Shown: positions 7,804 to 17,172 of the stretch, piece after piece
Layout: every line of letters begins with the position of its first letter
How positions within the stretch are numbered: the first letter of the stretch is position 1
Notes under the pieces: generated by a model
Told to the model about the DNA's origin: nothing
The model's database searches: none
What the model saw: the letters and a program-made list of their open reading frames with translations, nothing else
Program-made: the position numbers and the translations under genes
Source of the DNA: Candidatus Woesebacteria bacterium
GTDB taxonomy: Bacteria > Patescibacteriota > Saccharimonadia > Saccharimonadales > EFPC-124
Direction: 5' to 3'
NCBI GenBank assembly: GCA_050115675.1
Contig: JASFQB010000007.1
Span: 10,108 to 74,107 of the forward strand
DNA: 64,000 bases

Positions 7804-10449
7804 ATGAAGCGCCGTTCAAAGGGCTTAAGTGTATACAACAATCTGTCCGCTCAGCTCAAAAAGAAACGTGACGAACGAGCAAGACAAAAAGCTGAATATC
7901 TTGCCACGTTGCCAAAGAATCCTTTTAAACGTTTTCTTTATAGAATGCACCCTAAGCGCGTGCTAAGGTACTGGTTTAGTAAAAAAGGCGCATTAATGGC
8001 GTTAAAACTTGCAGGCATAGGCCTTGTAATTGTGGCAATTTTTATTGCTGCGCTGTTTTCGTATTACCGTCGTGAGCTTGACTCCTTAAAACCCAGCGAA
8101 ATTAGCAAGCGTGTTCAGTCTACTGTCACAAAATATTACGATCGCAATGACGTTTTATTGTGGGAAGACAAAGGCACAGACAACTATAAGCTGGTGGTTG
8201 ATTCCGTAGATATTAACGACAACATGAAGAACGCCACAGTAGCTATCGAGGACAAAGACTTCTACAAGCATAGTGGTATTAGTATTACTGGCATTATGAG
8301 AGCAACGATTAGCAATGTGACAGGCGGTGGAAATGTTCAGGGTGCCTCCACCTTAACTCAGCAACTGGTAAAAAACGTATTCTTTGCAAACGACGCTGAA
8401 GAAAATCGCTTAAATGTCTCCAGAAAAATTAAAGAGATGATTTTGGCGGTTGAAGTTGAGCGAATGTACAATAAGGACCAGATCTTAACACTCTATCTTA
8501 ACGAGGTTCCTTACGGTGGAAGAAGAAACGGTGTAGAATCTGCTGCACAAACATATTTTGGTAAATCAGCAAAAGACCTTACCATAGCCGAGGCAGCCTT
8601 GGTTGCTGCGATTCCTCAAAATCCACCCTATTACAACCCATATTATATTGATGGAAACAAAGATCTTGTAATAAGACAGCAAATGGTCATTGATGCCATG
8701 CAAGAGCAAGGCTACATCACACAAGAAGAAGCTGATGAAGCTAAAAAAGTAGCCATTTTAGATACAATAAAACCCGAACTGTCTGGCACAGAAGACATTA
8801 AAGCTCCTCACTTTGTTTTGACTGTTCGCAGCGAACTTGAAAAAGAATTTGGTCAACAGTTTGTTAGAAGCGGTGGATTAACTGTAAAAACAACATTAGA
8901 TTACCGCATGCAGCAGATTGCAGAGCAAGCGGTTAGCGAAAGCTATTCTAAGTACTTTGAAAGAGGGCTAGCAAATAACGCTGACAACATGGCATTTACG
9001 GCGGTAGATGTAGATACTGGGCAAATAGTAGCCATGGTTGGTAGCTACGACTTTAACAACAAAGAGTATGGTGCTACAAACGCTGCAACTGCGCTCTTAC
9101 AGCCAGGGTCAAGTATTAAGGTTTTTGACTACTCTGCCTTGATGAAAGAAAGAGAAGGGCAGAACTTTGGCGCAGGCAGCATCTTGGCCGACGAAGATAT
9201 AAGCAGTATATACAAGAGCAAGTTGTCAAACTACGATGGCAAATTCTTTGGCTCTATAAGCATACGGGAAGCGCTGGCCAACTCACGCAACCCGCCTGCT
9301 GTTAAAGCTGCGTATATTGCAGGTATTGATAACGTGATACAGCTTGCCAGGGATATGGGCGACCATTCATACTGCGTCGATGAGGACTACGGCTTATCTG
9401 CAGCTATTGGTGGATGTCAGGTTCGCGAAGTAGAACATGTTAATGCTTATGCATCTCTGGCTCGTGGCGGAGTTTATAAGCAAGAGTCTTACATACTTGA
9501 GGTAAAAAATTCACAAGACCAAATTTTAAAACAATGGAAGGATGAATCAAAGCAGATTCTTGACCCACAAATACCTTACATAATTAGTGATATCTTAAGT
9601 GATAAAAATGCTCGAGCGCGAGTGTTTGGATACAACCCACTCGGTATGGTAATTCCAGGCGTAAAAACCGCTACGAAAACGGGCACAACAGACAACGGAC
9701 AAGGTAAGGCCAAAGACAATTGGATGATGAGCTACTCTACCGAAATTTCTGCTGGTATTTGGGTTGGCAGGCACGATGGAGGTGCACTGACCGGTATCTC
9801 TACGGCAGTTCCGGGTTATGTAATTAGTCAGTTTATGACTAAAGTCCACCAAGACATTTTAGCTCCAGATGGAAAATGGAGCGCAGACGACTGGTTTCAG
9901 CAGCCTGACGGAGTTCAAAAACTAACGGTTAATGGAAAAACGGACATATACCCGTCTTGGTATAAGAAGCCAAGTAATTCTGCTGGCACAAAGATGACCT
10001 TTGACAAGGTGTCAAAAAAGAAAGCCACAGACTGTACACCAGAAGCTGCCAGAATTGAAATAACAGTTCAAGAGGTTGAGGACCCAGTAACAAAAAAGAA
10101 GAGCTACAGTAATACTGAGGGCTATGACCCAACAGCTGACGACGATGCGCACAAATGCGATGATGTAAAACCATTTGTATCGTCAATTACAGCGACTAAG
10201 ATAGAAAACGGTAAGTACAGGATTTCTGTCGCAGTAAATAAGGGCACCTTTGATCTTCAGTCGCTAGACGTAGCTGCTGATGGCACGAGTGTCATATCTC
10301 AGGGCATATCGTCTGCGGGTACTTTTGAAGTCGATTATACGTTTACTAGCGCAGGCGACAAGACAATAACGGCAAGAGTTGTCGATGCTGGCTACTACGA
10401 CGCAACCACCACGAAGACTGTCAATGTTAAGTTGACTGGTAGTAACTAG
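7804..10449 (+). CDS. Class A penicillin-binding protein (PBP1A-type transglycosylase/transpeptidase) with C-terminal Ig-like extension
   Basis: GT51 motifs EDKDFYKHSGI, GASTLTQQ, RKIKEM. Transpeptidase SSIK, SRN, KTGT. N-terminal TM anchor. Confidence 0.9.
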   Translation: MKRRSKGLSVYNNLSAQLKKKRDERARQKAEYLATLPKNPFKRFLYRMHPKRVLRYWFSKKGALMALKLAGIGLVIVAIFIAALFSYYRRELDSLKPSEISKRVQSTVTKYYDRNDVLLWEDKGTDNYKLVVDSVDINDNMKNATVAIEDKDFYKHSGISITGIMRATISNVTGGGNVQGASTLTQQLVKNVFFANDAEENRLNVSRKIKEMILAVEVERMYNKDQILTLYLNEVPYGGRRNGVESAAQTYFGKSAKDLTIAEAALVAAIPQNPPYYNPYYIDGNKDLVIRQQMVIDAMQEQGYITQEEADEAKKVAILDTIKPELSGTEDIKAPHFVLTVRSELEKEFGQQFVRSGGLTVKTTLDYRMQQIAEQAVSESYSKYFERGLANNADNMAFTAVDVDTGQIVAMVGSYDFNNKEYGATNAATALLQPGSSIKVFDYSALMKEREGQNFGAGSILADEDISSIYKSKLSNYDGKFFGSISIREALANSRNPPAVKAAYIAGIDNVIQLARDMGDHSYCVDEDYGLSAAIGGCQVREVEHVNAYASLARGGVYKQESYILEVKNSQDQILKQWKDESKQILDPQIPYIISDILSDKNARARVFGYNPLGMVIPGVKTATKTGTTDNGQGKAKDNWMMSYSTEISAGIWVGRHDGGALTGISTAVPGYVISQFMTKVHQDILAPDGKWSADDWFQQPDGVQKLTVNGKTDIYPSWYKKPSNSAGTKMTFDKVSKKKATDCTPEAARIEITVQEVEDPVTKKKSYSNTEGYDPTADDDAHKCDDVKPFVSSITATKIENGKYRISVAVNKGTFDLQSLDVAADGTSVISQGISSAGTFEVDYTFTSAGDKTITARVVDAGYYDATTTKTVNVKLTGSN

Positions 10450-10460
10450 GTAGACTGAAG

Positions 10461-10498
10461 CAATATAAAAACTGGCGAGCTCGCCAGTTTTTATATTG
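10461..10498. terminator. Bidirectional intrinsic terminator (perfect 38-nt palindrome)
   Basis: CAATATAAAAACTGGCGAG|CTCGCCAGTTTTTATATTG between convergent stops at 10449 (+) and 10512 (-). GC core flanked by A5 and T5. Confidence 0.85.
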
Positions 10499-10511
10499 CA
10501 CATATTGTGTC

Positions 10512-11468
10512 TTAATTTTCGTTGCGTCTTTCGATTGCTGCAAAAAGTGAATCTTCGGGAGTTTTGCGTCTGTTTTGGCGTGCACGTGGAGATACCTGTT
10601 GTTTGTTTGTTGGCTCTTTTTTATCCTGATGCTGCTGTCTATTCTCGGGTCGTGTATTGTTAGAGCGCTTTTTGCGTGCAGGCTTGTTTTGAGCCTGAGG
10701 CTGTGCGTGATAGACATTTTGAACCTGAAGCTGCTGCTGATTTTTTGATTTGCTAGCCCTATTCTGCTGACTAATCTTGCTCTCAATAATTGCAGTCTCT
10801 TTTTTTGCTGGCTTTTCCATGAGCTGTTTTCTGCCACTGTTCTCTGGTAATACGGCAAACATCATCTTGCCTGCCTGAGTTTGTAACATGCGGCTAAACT
10901 CTACAAGAATTCTTTGACCAAGCTTGCTGCCAGCTTTCTCTACAACAACCATGGTGCCGTCTTCAAGATAGCCCACACCTTGGGTTTTATCCTGTCCTAA
11001 CTGAGTAATTTTAAGCTCAACTCTTTCGCCTGGCAGTCTTCGTGGTCGCAGTGCCTGTGCTAACTCGTTGACGTTCAGCACTACAACACCTTCGATTTGA
11101 GCGACTTTATTTAGATTGTAATCTGTAGTGTAAAGCATTCCACCATATTGCTTAGCAAGCGCAATAAGCTTGTCGTCTACTTCTTTAATATTTTTATATT
11201 GCTCTCTGGCAATTGTAACTTTTGTGCGACGCAAATCTTGAAGGTCGCGAATTACGTCTAACCCATAGCGCGCACGTTCACGCTTGTGGCTGTCGCCATG
11301 GTCAGCCAAAAACTGTAATTCTGCAATTATAAATTGTGGTATAACAATGTTTTGTGGTATAAAACCAGCTTTTGCTATGTCGATTATTCGGGCGTCAATC
11401 AAAGCGCAGGTATCTAATATTAAAACCTGTTCACCACTTCGATCGCCACGTTTTTTAAATGGATTCAT
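10512..11468 (-). CDS. PIN/TRAM domain protein (YacL-like) with long basic Q/K/R-rich tail
   Basis: N-terminal PIN signature ILDTCALIDARI. Central TRAM-like beta region (GERVELKITQLGQDKTQGVGYLEDGTMVVV). Low-complexity C-terminus. Confidence 0.75.
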   Translation of the reverse strand: MNPFKKRGDRSGEQVLILDTCALIDARIIDIAKAGFIPQNIVIPQFIIAELQFLADHGDSHKRERARYGLDVIRDLQDLRRTKVTIAREQYKNIKEVDDKLIALAKQYGGMLYTTDYNLNKVAQIEGVVVLNVNELAQALRPRRLPGERVELKITQLGQDKTQGVGYLEDGTMVVVEKAGSKLGQRILVEFSRMLQTQAGKMMFAVLPENSGRKQLMEKPAKKETAIIESKISQQNRASKSKNQQQLQVQNVYHAQPQAQNKPARKKRSNNTRPENRQQHQDKKEPTNKQQVSPRARQNRRKTPEDSLFAAIERRNEN

Positions 11469-11499
11469 ATTACTATTTTACTCCTTTAACGTCGTACTC

Positions 11500-12852
11500 C
11501 TATGCTTTCTTTAAATAAGTATTTAATGCCTCTTTTAGAGATTGCACGGGTCTTATAAAGACGTGTTTTTTTGTAGATTTTGGCCCAATTACGTATTTGA
11601 AGCCAAGTTTATTTGCTTCGGATGCTCGACGATCACTGTTGGTGACCGACCTTACCTCTCCGCTTAGCCCAACCTCGCCAAATACTACGGCAGTTGGGTC
11701 TAATTGCATTTGTTTTGCTGCTGAAGCTATAGCCATGCATACGGCTAAGTCAGCAGCTGGATCTTGCAGCTTTATACCGCCAACAACGTTGATGTAAATA
11801 TCGCTATCAGATAAGTTTAACTTTGTCCGTCGCTCCAGGACAGCCACAAGCACGTTTAGGCGATTTAAATCAAAACCTGATGCCGTGCGTTTAGGATACC
11901 CGAAATATGATTTATTTACAAGTGCCTGTATCTCTACAAGCAAAGGACGGTTGCCTTCCATGGTAGCAAAAACCACAGACCCATCAGATGAGATACGTTC
12001 TTCTAGCAGTGCTGCAGACGGATTAAGTACTGGTTTTAGGCCAGTATCATCCATCTCAAAGATTCCAGCTTCATCTGTTGACCCATAGCGATTTTTTATT
12101 GCTCGCAAAACTTTAAAGCCGCCGTATCTGTCACCTTCAAGATTGACCACAACGTCTACCATGTGTTCTAAAATTTTTGGACCAGCAATACTCCCCTCTT
12201 TAGTCACGTGTCCAACCATAATTAGCGCTGTATCTGTGGCCTTTGCAGCTTGAGTTAGCAAGTTTGATGAGTTGGTAATTTGCCCAACACTACCTGCCGC
12301 TGAAGCAATATCATTCATTGTTAATGTTTGAATTGAATCAACGATTACCAATTTATATCCACACCCTTTTATTGTAGCCGCAATGTCGTCTGCGGAGGTA
12401 GACGATGCAAGATAAAGCTCATCATGCTCTACGCCCAACCTGTCTGACCGAACCTTCACCTGGCCGGCTGACTCTTCTCCACTCACGTATAGCACTTTGT
12501 TTGTGGCAGAGATAGCTTGTGCAACTTGCATTAGCAACGTAGACTTGCCAATTCCGGGTTGGCCAGCAATTAAAATGACACTGGCCGGAACAATTCCTCC
12601 GCCCAAAACTGCGTCCATGTCAGCAATTCTTGTGCTAATTCTGCCGCGACTACTACTCGGAGTAACCTTAGTGATCGACTGCGACTGTAGGGACCTGCCC
12701 TTACTGCTAGCGACTACGTTTGTAGCGCTTTGTTCTGTAAATTGCTCTACAAAACTATTCCAGGCACCACAGCCATCACAACGACCGCTCCACTTAGATT
12801 TGATCACTCCACATTGCTGGCAAACAAACTGTACTGCTGTCTTTTTGGCCAT
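11500..12852 (-). CDS. radA: DNA repair protein RadA/Sms
   Basis: N-terminal zinc ribbon CQQCG...CDGCGAW, Walker A GQPGIGKST, KNRYG motif, C-terminal Lon-like domain. Confidence 0.9.
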   Translation of the reverse strand: MAKKTAVQFVCQQCGVIKSKWSGRCDGCGAWNSFVEQFTEQSATNVVASSKGRSLQSQSITKVTPSSSRGRISTRIADMDAVLGGGIVPASVILIAGQPGIGKSTLLMQVAQAISATNKVLYVSGEESAGQVKVRSDRLGVEHDELYLASSTSADDIAATIKGCGYKLVIVDSIQTLTMNDIASAAGSVGQITNSSNLLTQAAKATDTALIMVGHVTKEGSIAGPKILEHMVDVVVNLEGDRYGGFKVLRAIKNRYGSTDEAGIFEMDDTGLKPVLNPSAALLEERISSDGSVVFATMEGNRPLLVEIQALVNKSYFGYPKRTASGFDLNRLNVLVAVLERRTKLNLSDSDIYINVVGGIKLQDPAADLAVCMAIASAAKQMQLDPTAVVFGEVGLSGEVRSVTNSDRRASEANKLGFKYVIGPKSTKKHVFIRPVQSLKEALNTYLKKA

Positions 12853-12859
12853 ATTAGTA

Positions 12860-12868
12860 AGTATAACA
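12860..12868 (-). promoter_or_regulatory. Extended -10 TGTTATACT 7 nt from radA ATG (leaderless-type)
   Basis: Minus strand reads TGT-TATACT-tactaat-ATG with no Shine-Dalgarno. Confidence 0.5.
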
Positions 12869-12966
12869 GACGCAACCTCGATAATTGCTATTGGGCTTTA
12901 TATAATTGCATCTATGACGGTTCCATGCTAAAGTATCATGGTTCGCTCTCATGCTTGGAGGAAGTC

Positions 12967-13518
12967 GTGTCAGTGCTAGTACGTACAAGCAACATCGTTT
13001 CTGATGTTAGCGTTGGTAATGGTACTTTTAGCTTTCAGGCCATCTCAGCAATTGATAACGGAGATGATTTTTTATTGATTCTGGATATGGCCAGCAGACC
13101 TACAGTCGAGCGCACTTTAAATCTTGGCTTGATGGAGTCAAGGCTTTATGACTACATGGTGCATTTTAGTAAGTCTCGACGATCTGGAGGTAATCCTGGC
13201 GACTGCTTTACGTTCGCAGTCTATCTAGCAACGGGCATAACGCCTATCATTCCTGCGCTAAATACCATCAAGCACGATGGATTGAGTGGACGCCTACGCT
13301 GGAGGACGGAACTTGGAGCTACCTATGTACATCTAATAAATGTACCTAGCAGCGATGACACCTACGAGATAGTTCATGCAATGGTTGGACTGGGCGGAAA
13401 ACAAGTTATAGCAAAATGGGGAATGGGCGATAATGAAATTGGCATCGGCACAATTAAAGATTCCATGCGATGCTACGGAGGACTGGTGTACAAAGTAAAT
13501 AATCTACACTTTGCTTGA
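12967..13518 (+). CDS. Hypothetical protein (Cys/His-containing, possible papain-like fold)
   Basis: GTG at 12967 is preceded by GGAGGA (ATG at 12925 is an alternative). TATAAT at 12901-12906 upstream. The upstream part of the track ORF overlaps radA antisense and is discounted. Confidence 0.5.
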   Translation: MSVLVRTSNIVSDVSVGNGTFSFQAISAIDNGDDFLLILDMASRPTVERTLNLGLMESRLYDYMVHFSKSRRSGGNPGDCFTFAVYLATGITPIIPALNTIKHDGLSGRLRWRTELGATYVHLINVPSSDDTYEIVHAMVGLGGKQVIAKWGMGDNEIGIGTIKDSMRCYGGLVYKVNNLHFA

Positions 13519-13524
13519 ACCGGT

Positions 13525-13556
13525 GGACGATAGACGCCTTATTGCGTCTATCGTCC
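13525..13556. terminator. Hairpin terminator between convergent genes
   Basis: GGACGATAGACGC-cttatt-GCGTCTATCGTCC, 13-bp stem. Confidence 0.75.
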
Positions 13557-13563
13557 ATCTTTA

Positions 13564-14574
13564 CTATGTTTGGTTTACTTCGTTATATTTGCTATCGAGG
13601 CTTTGGTTTAGCTTATTTTGCGCCGTAGCTTCATTGTTACGCTCAATGACCAACGAATTGTGCTTATCAATAAGATTTTGCGTTTCTTCTACGAGCGCGT
13701 TGTATGCTCGAATTCTAGCATTATAGACTGGCACTGCCGCATTGTACTCGTCTACCTTTTGCTTTTGCCACAAATCGTTAAGACGGGCTGATTCAGATTG
13801 AATTATGGCATATTCGGAATCAAGAGTTGCATTATTTTTGTCGATCTGAGACTTGAAGTTTGTAAGTTGCTCATCCATTTGCGCTATGCGGTTTTCTGAC
13901 TCTGTGAACACGTTTTCGTAGCTTTCTGCTAAGGTCACAACCTTGTTACGATCATCAAAATATGTTTTATAGTAGCTTTCTAGTTCAGGGGATAAATCAC
14001 GATACTCTGCACCAAAAATTGAGTGCATCTCGTTGTAAATCTCCCCGGGCTCTGTTTTGTTATACAAGGATATTAGCTCAAGCAGGCGCTCGTCGGTGGT
14101 AACACTCATTTGCGCATTAATTAGCTGATCAATTTCCTCACGCTCTGCCTTACTTAGCCTCTCATATGCGGCATGAAGCATCTCGTGCGCACCAGTTACT
14201 TCTTCTACGCCGCTAAGTTTTTCGTCGGTAACATCAAAAAGATATATTTTTTGCAGCTTGTAACAACCTAAAACAATACTTTCTTCGCTATTGTTTTGGC
14301 AGTCTTGGTTAAACGCTGCTGCAGATTCTACAACTGGTGTTGACGCATACCACAACTCTCTTCCACGCGAAGACATGCCCGTACTGTCTGCAATTTGGAC
14401 AATTTGTGCAGAGGGCGGGTATATTTGGATTCTCCACCAGTCCAGTACAATTTGCCAATTTAGAGCAAACCAAATAATTGCCCCAAAAAATGACAGCAAA
14501 AAAGTAAATTTTATTACTCGCGAGCCAAAACTTGACCCTGTGCTAACCCGATACTCTTTCAAAAGCCAACTCAC
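13564..14574 (-). CDS. Membrane-anchored HExxH protein with long C-terminal coiled coil (putative zinc metallopeptidase)
   Basis: N-terminal TM (FTFLLSFFGAIIWFAL), TGAHEMLHAAY HExxH motif, heptad-like Q/N/E-rich C-terminal third. Start overlaps the clpC 3' end by 32 nt. Confidence 0.6.
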   Translation of the reverse strand: MSWLLKEYRVSTGSSFGSRVIKFTFLLSFFGAIIWFALNWQIVLDWWRIQIYPPSAQIVQIADSTGMSSRGRELWYASTPVVESAAAFNQDCQNNSEESIVLGCYKLQKIYLFDVTDEKLSGVEEVTGAHEMLHAAYERLSKAEREEIDQLINAQMSVTTDERLLELISLYNKTEPGEIYNEMHSIFGAEYRDLSPELESYYKTYFDDRNKVVTLAESYENVFTESENRIAQMDEQLTNFKSQIDKNNATLDSEYAIIQSESARLNDLWQKQKVDEYNAAVPVYNARIRAYNALVEETQNLIDKHNSLVIERNNEATAQNKLNQSLDSKYNEVNQT

Positions 14575-17017
14575 CCCTTTTAGCTGTTACACAAATTATA
14601 TCGCCTTTAACGTATTGTTGCGAGAGTAAACCGTCTGCAAGTTTGTCTTCAATTAAATCTTGAATAGTGCGACGCAGCGGCCGAACCCCATTTTGCGCAT
14701 CATAACCCTTTTGAATTAGTAGTTTTTTAGCGCTTTGCTGCATTTTTATATCAATTCCGCGTTTATATAATCTGACCGACAGTTTTTTGATTTGCAGATC
14801 TAAAATTACGGCGACTTCTTTTTTGGTTAGAGCTTTAAACACAATTATCTTGTCAAAACGGTTGATAAGCTCTGGCCGCATAAAGTCTTTCAAGGCCTTC
14901 ATAGAAGCTTCTTGATTTTGCTTATGTACTTCATCAAGCTGGTCTAGGTCGTCTTTTGTGCTGGCATGAAACCCAAGTGAAGCCTCGTGTTGCATTTTTG
15001 TTGCACCCAAGTTGCTGGTTAAAATTACAATCGTGTTAGAAAAATCAACTTTACGGCCTTTTGCGTCTGTTAATTCGCCGTCTTCTAATATTTGAAGGAG
15101 CATATTCATTACTTCTGGGTGGGCTTTTTCTATCTCGTCAAAGAGCACTAAGCTGTATGGTTTTCGACGAATTTTATCTGTAAGCTGGTTACCATCTTCG
15201 TATCCCACAAAACCTGCGGGCGCGCCAATCAAGCGTGCAGACATATGTCTATCGGCAAATTCGCTCATATCAATTTTAATCATAGCGTCTGGCGATCCTA
15301 AAACTTCGCTGGCGAGCACCCGCGCAAGTTCAGTTTTACCTACACCAGTTGGCCCCATAAATATGAACGAGCCAATCGGGCGTTTGCCATCAGAGATGCC
15401 AGATCTGTTGCGCCTTATAGCACGGCTTACAGCTGTAATGGCATCAATTTGACCGATCACGTGCTGTGACAAATGTTTTTCTAGGTTTAAAAGTTGCTTT
15501 GCTTCTGCTTTTATGACTTTTTGTACAGGTACGCCAGTCATCGACGCAACCGTATTGGCGATGTCGTCGCTGGTAATCTTTATGTGTTGCTCGTTAGTTT
15601 TTTTGTCGCGCAGTTCACTTATCTTGGAGTTAATTTGGCTCATCCTTGTCTTATATTGTGCTGCGCGTTCGTAATCTTGAGACTCAACTGCTAATTCCAT
15701 TCGCTCGGTTACGGTTTTTAGTTCGTGTGTTAACTTGCGTGCTTCTAGAGGAGTTTTACCACGCTCTACTTTAACTTGCGAGGCAGCCTCGTCTAAAACG
15801 TCAAATGCCTTGTCTGGCATAAAACGATCGTTAATATAACGCTTTGCTAAATTTGCAACATCTACTAAAATATCGTCTTCTAAAACTACGCCGTGGTGAT
15901 CCTCGTAGTATTTTTTAAGACCACGAAGTATGGCAATTGTTTCTTTAACTGTTGGCTCTGGTACAACAACGGTTTGGAAACGGCGTTCTAGAGCTGCATC
16001 TTTTTCTATGTGTTTACGGTACTCGTCTAGCGTTGTGGCGCCAATTATACGTACATTTCCGCGCGCCAGTGCTGGCTTTAGCATGTTTGCTGCATCGATG
16101 GCGCCTTCTGCGGCGCCTGCGCCTACAAGCAGGTGCAGTTCATCGATAAATACAATACAGTTTTTATCGCCAGAAATTTCGTCTATCATTTTTTTGAGTC
16201 GCTCTTCAAACTCTCCGCGATATTTTGTACCGGCAATCATTCCTGCTAAGTCAAGCATTACCACACGAGCATCCAATAAGCTATCTGGAACTTCTTCAGA
16301 TGCAATTTTTTGGGCCAGCCCCTCAACAATAGCAGTTTTTCCTACCCCTGGCTCACCAATTAAAACAGGGTTATTTTTGTTACGACGTCCCAGAATTGTA
16401 ACAATTCTTTTAATCTGTACTTCGCGACCAATTATTGGGTCGAGTGTGCCCATTTTGGCTTTTTCGGTTAGGTCGCTGCCATATTTACCTAGCATGCCAT
16501 GACTTTTTTGCTGTCGCTTTTGACCTGTGCCTTCGCTAGCCTGATAATCTTGCTGCTGTCTATTTAAGTATTGTTCTATTTCGGCCGTTAGATCGTCTGT
16601 ATCAATGCGCATATCTCTAAGTAATACCGTGGCGCGTGCATTTTTTTGACTCAAAATACTGTATAAAATGTGCTCTGTGCCGCAATAATCTTGGTCAAAC
16701 TCCTGTGCAACGTCCCAGCTTAGGCGCAAAGTTAATTTAGCTGTATCGCTTAAGCCTTTTGAGCCAGTGCTTACCACAAGCGCGCGAGGGGTCAAGTTTA
16801 AGGCAAGTTGTGCTCGATCAAGCGTTACTCCAGCACCAGTTAGCATTTTAGATCCGATAGATGTGGTTTGGCTTAAAACACCCAACAATAGGTGTTCTGT
16901 GCCAATGTATGCAGACCCCAAATTTCGCGCAATGGCGTCTGCGTGTTGTAGGCTTGCTTTTGCATTATCGGTAAGTCGGCTCAAAAATTCGTTAAAATCA
17001 CCGTAAGGAGGCATCAT
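14543..17017 (-). CDS. clpC: ATP-dependent Clp protease ATP-binding subunit ClpC
   Basis: Two Clp_N repeats. Two AAA+ modules (GEPGVGKT, GPTGVGKT). UVR-like linker (ESQDYERAAQYKTRM) typical of ClpC rather than ClpB. Confidence 0.85.
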   Translation of the reverse strand: MMPPYGDFNEFLSRLTDNAKASLQHADAIARNLGSAYIGTEHLLLGVLSQTTSIGSKMLTGAGVTLDRAQLALNLTPRALVVSTGSKGLSDTAKLTLRLSWDVAQEFDQDYCGTEHILYSILSQKNARATVLLRDMRIDTDDLTAEIEQYLNRQQQDYQASEGTGQKRQQKSHGMLGKYGSDLTEKAKMGTLDPIIGREVQIKRIVTILGRRNKNNPVLIGEPGVGKTAIVEGLAQKIASEEVPDSLLDARVVMLDLAGMIAGTKYRGEFEERLKKMIDEISGDKNCIVFIDELHLLVGAGAAEGAIDAANMLKPALARGNVRIIGATTLDEYRKHIEKDAALERRFQTVVVPEPTVKETIAILRGLKKYYEDHHGVVLEDDILVDVANLAKRYINDRFMPDKAFDVLDEAASQVKVERGKTPLEARKLTHELKTVTERMELAVESQDYERAAQYKTRMSQINSKISELRDKKTNEQHIKITSDDIANTVASMTGVPVQKVIKAEAKQLLNLEKHLSQHVIGQIDAITAVSRAIRRNRSGISDGKRPIGSFIFMGPTGVGKTELARVLASEVLGSPDAMIKIDMSEFADRHMSARLIGAPAGFVGYEDGNQLTDKIRRKPYSLVLFDEIEKAHPEVMNMLLQILEDGELTDAKGRKVDFSNTIVILTSNLGATKMQHEASLGFHASTKDDLDQLDEVHKQNQEASMKALKDFMRPELINRFDKIIVFKALTKKEVAVILDLQIKKLSVRLYKRGIDIKMQQSAKKLLIQKGYDAQNGVRPLRRTIQDLIEDKLADGLLSQQYVKGDIICVTAKRGELAFERVSG

Positions 17018-17047
17018 TGTTTAGTAGTTTCCTAATTAGTGTGATGT

Positions 17048-17075
17048 ATTATAGTATAAAAAATTAGCACTCCAA
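17048..17075 (-). promoter_or_regulatory. Candidate clpC promoter TTGGAG-N16-TATAAT
   Basis: -10 TATAAT at 17053-17048. The -35 at 17075-17070 falls inside the CIRCE repeat. Confidence 0.45.
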
Positions 17076-17090
17076 GTGCAAGAGTGCTAA
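17064..17090. promoter_or_regulatory. CIRCE operator (HrcA binding site), perfect consensus
   Basis: TTAGCACTC-caagtgcaa-GAGTGCTAA, identical to TTAGCACTC-N9-GAGTGCTAA. Confidence 0.85.
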
Positions 17091-17106
17091 AAAACCATTT
17101 ACTAAC

Positions 17107-17135
17107 TTGACGACAAAATTTTATCTATGTAAAAT
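17107..17135 (+). promoter_or_regulatory. Sigma70-type promoter TTGACG-N17-TAAAAT
   Basis: Good -35/-10 with 17-nt spacer about 38 nt upstream of the ATG at 17173. Confidence 0.55.
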
Positions 17136-17172
17136 ATGGCGAGGCTAAGCAATCTACCGAAGGGTTAAGTCA

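Noticed and set aside
15930-16502. 190-aa plus-strand ORF inside clpC
   Set aside because: It is antisense to a well-supported AAA+ gene and has low-complexity Ser/Pro/Ala-rich composition.
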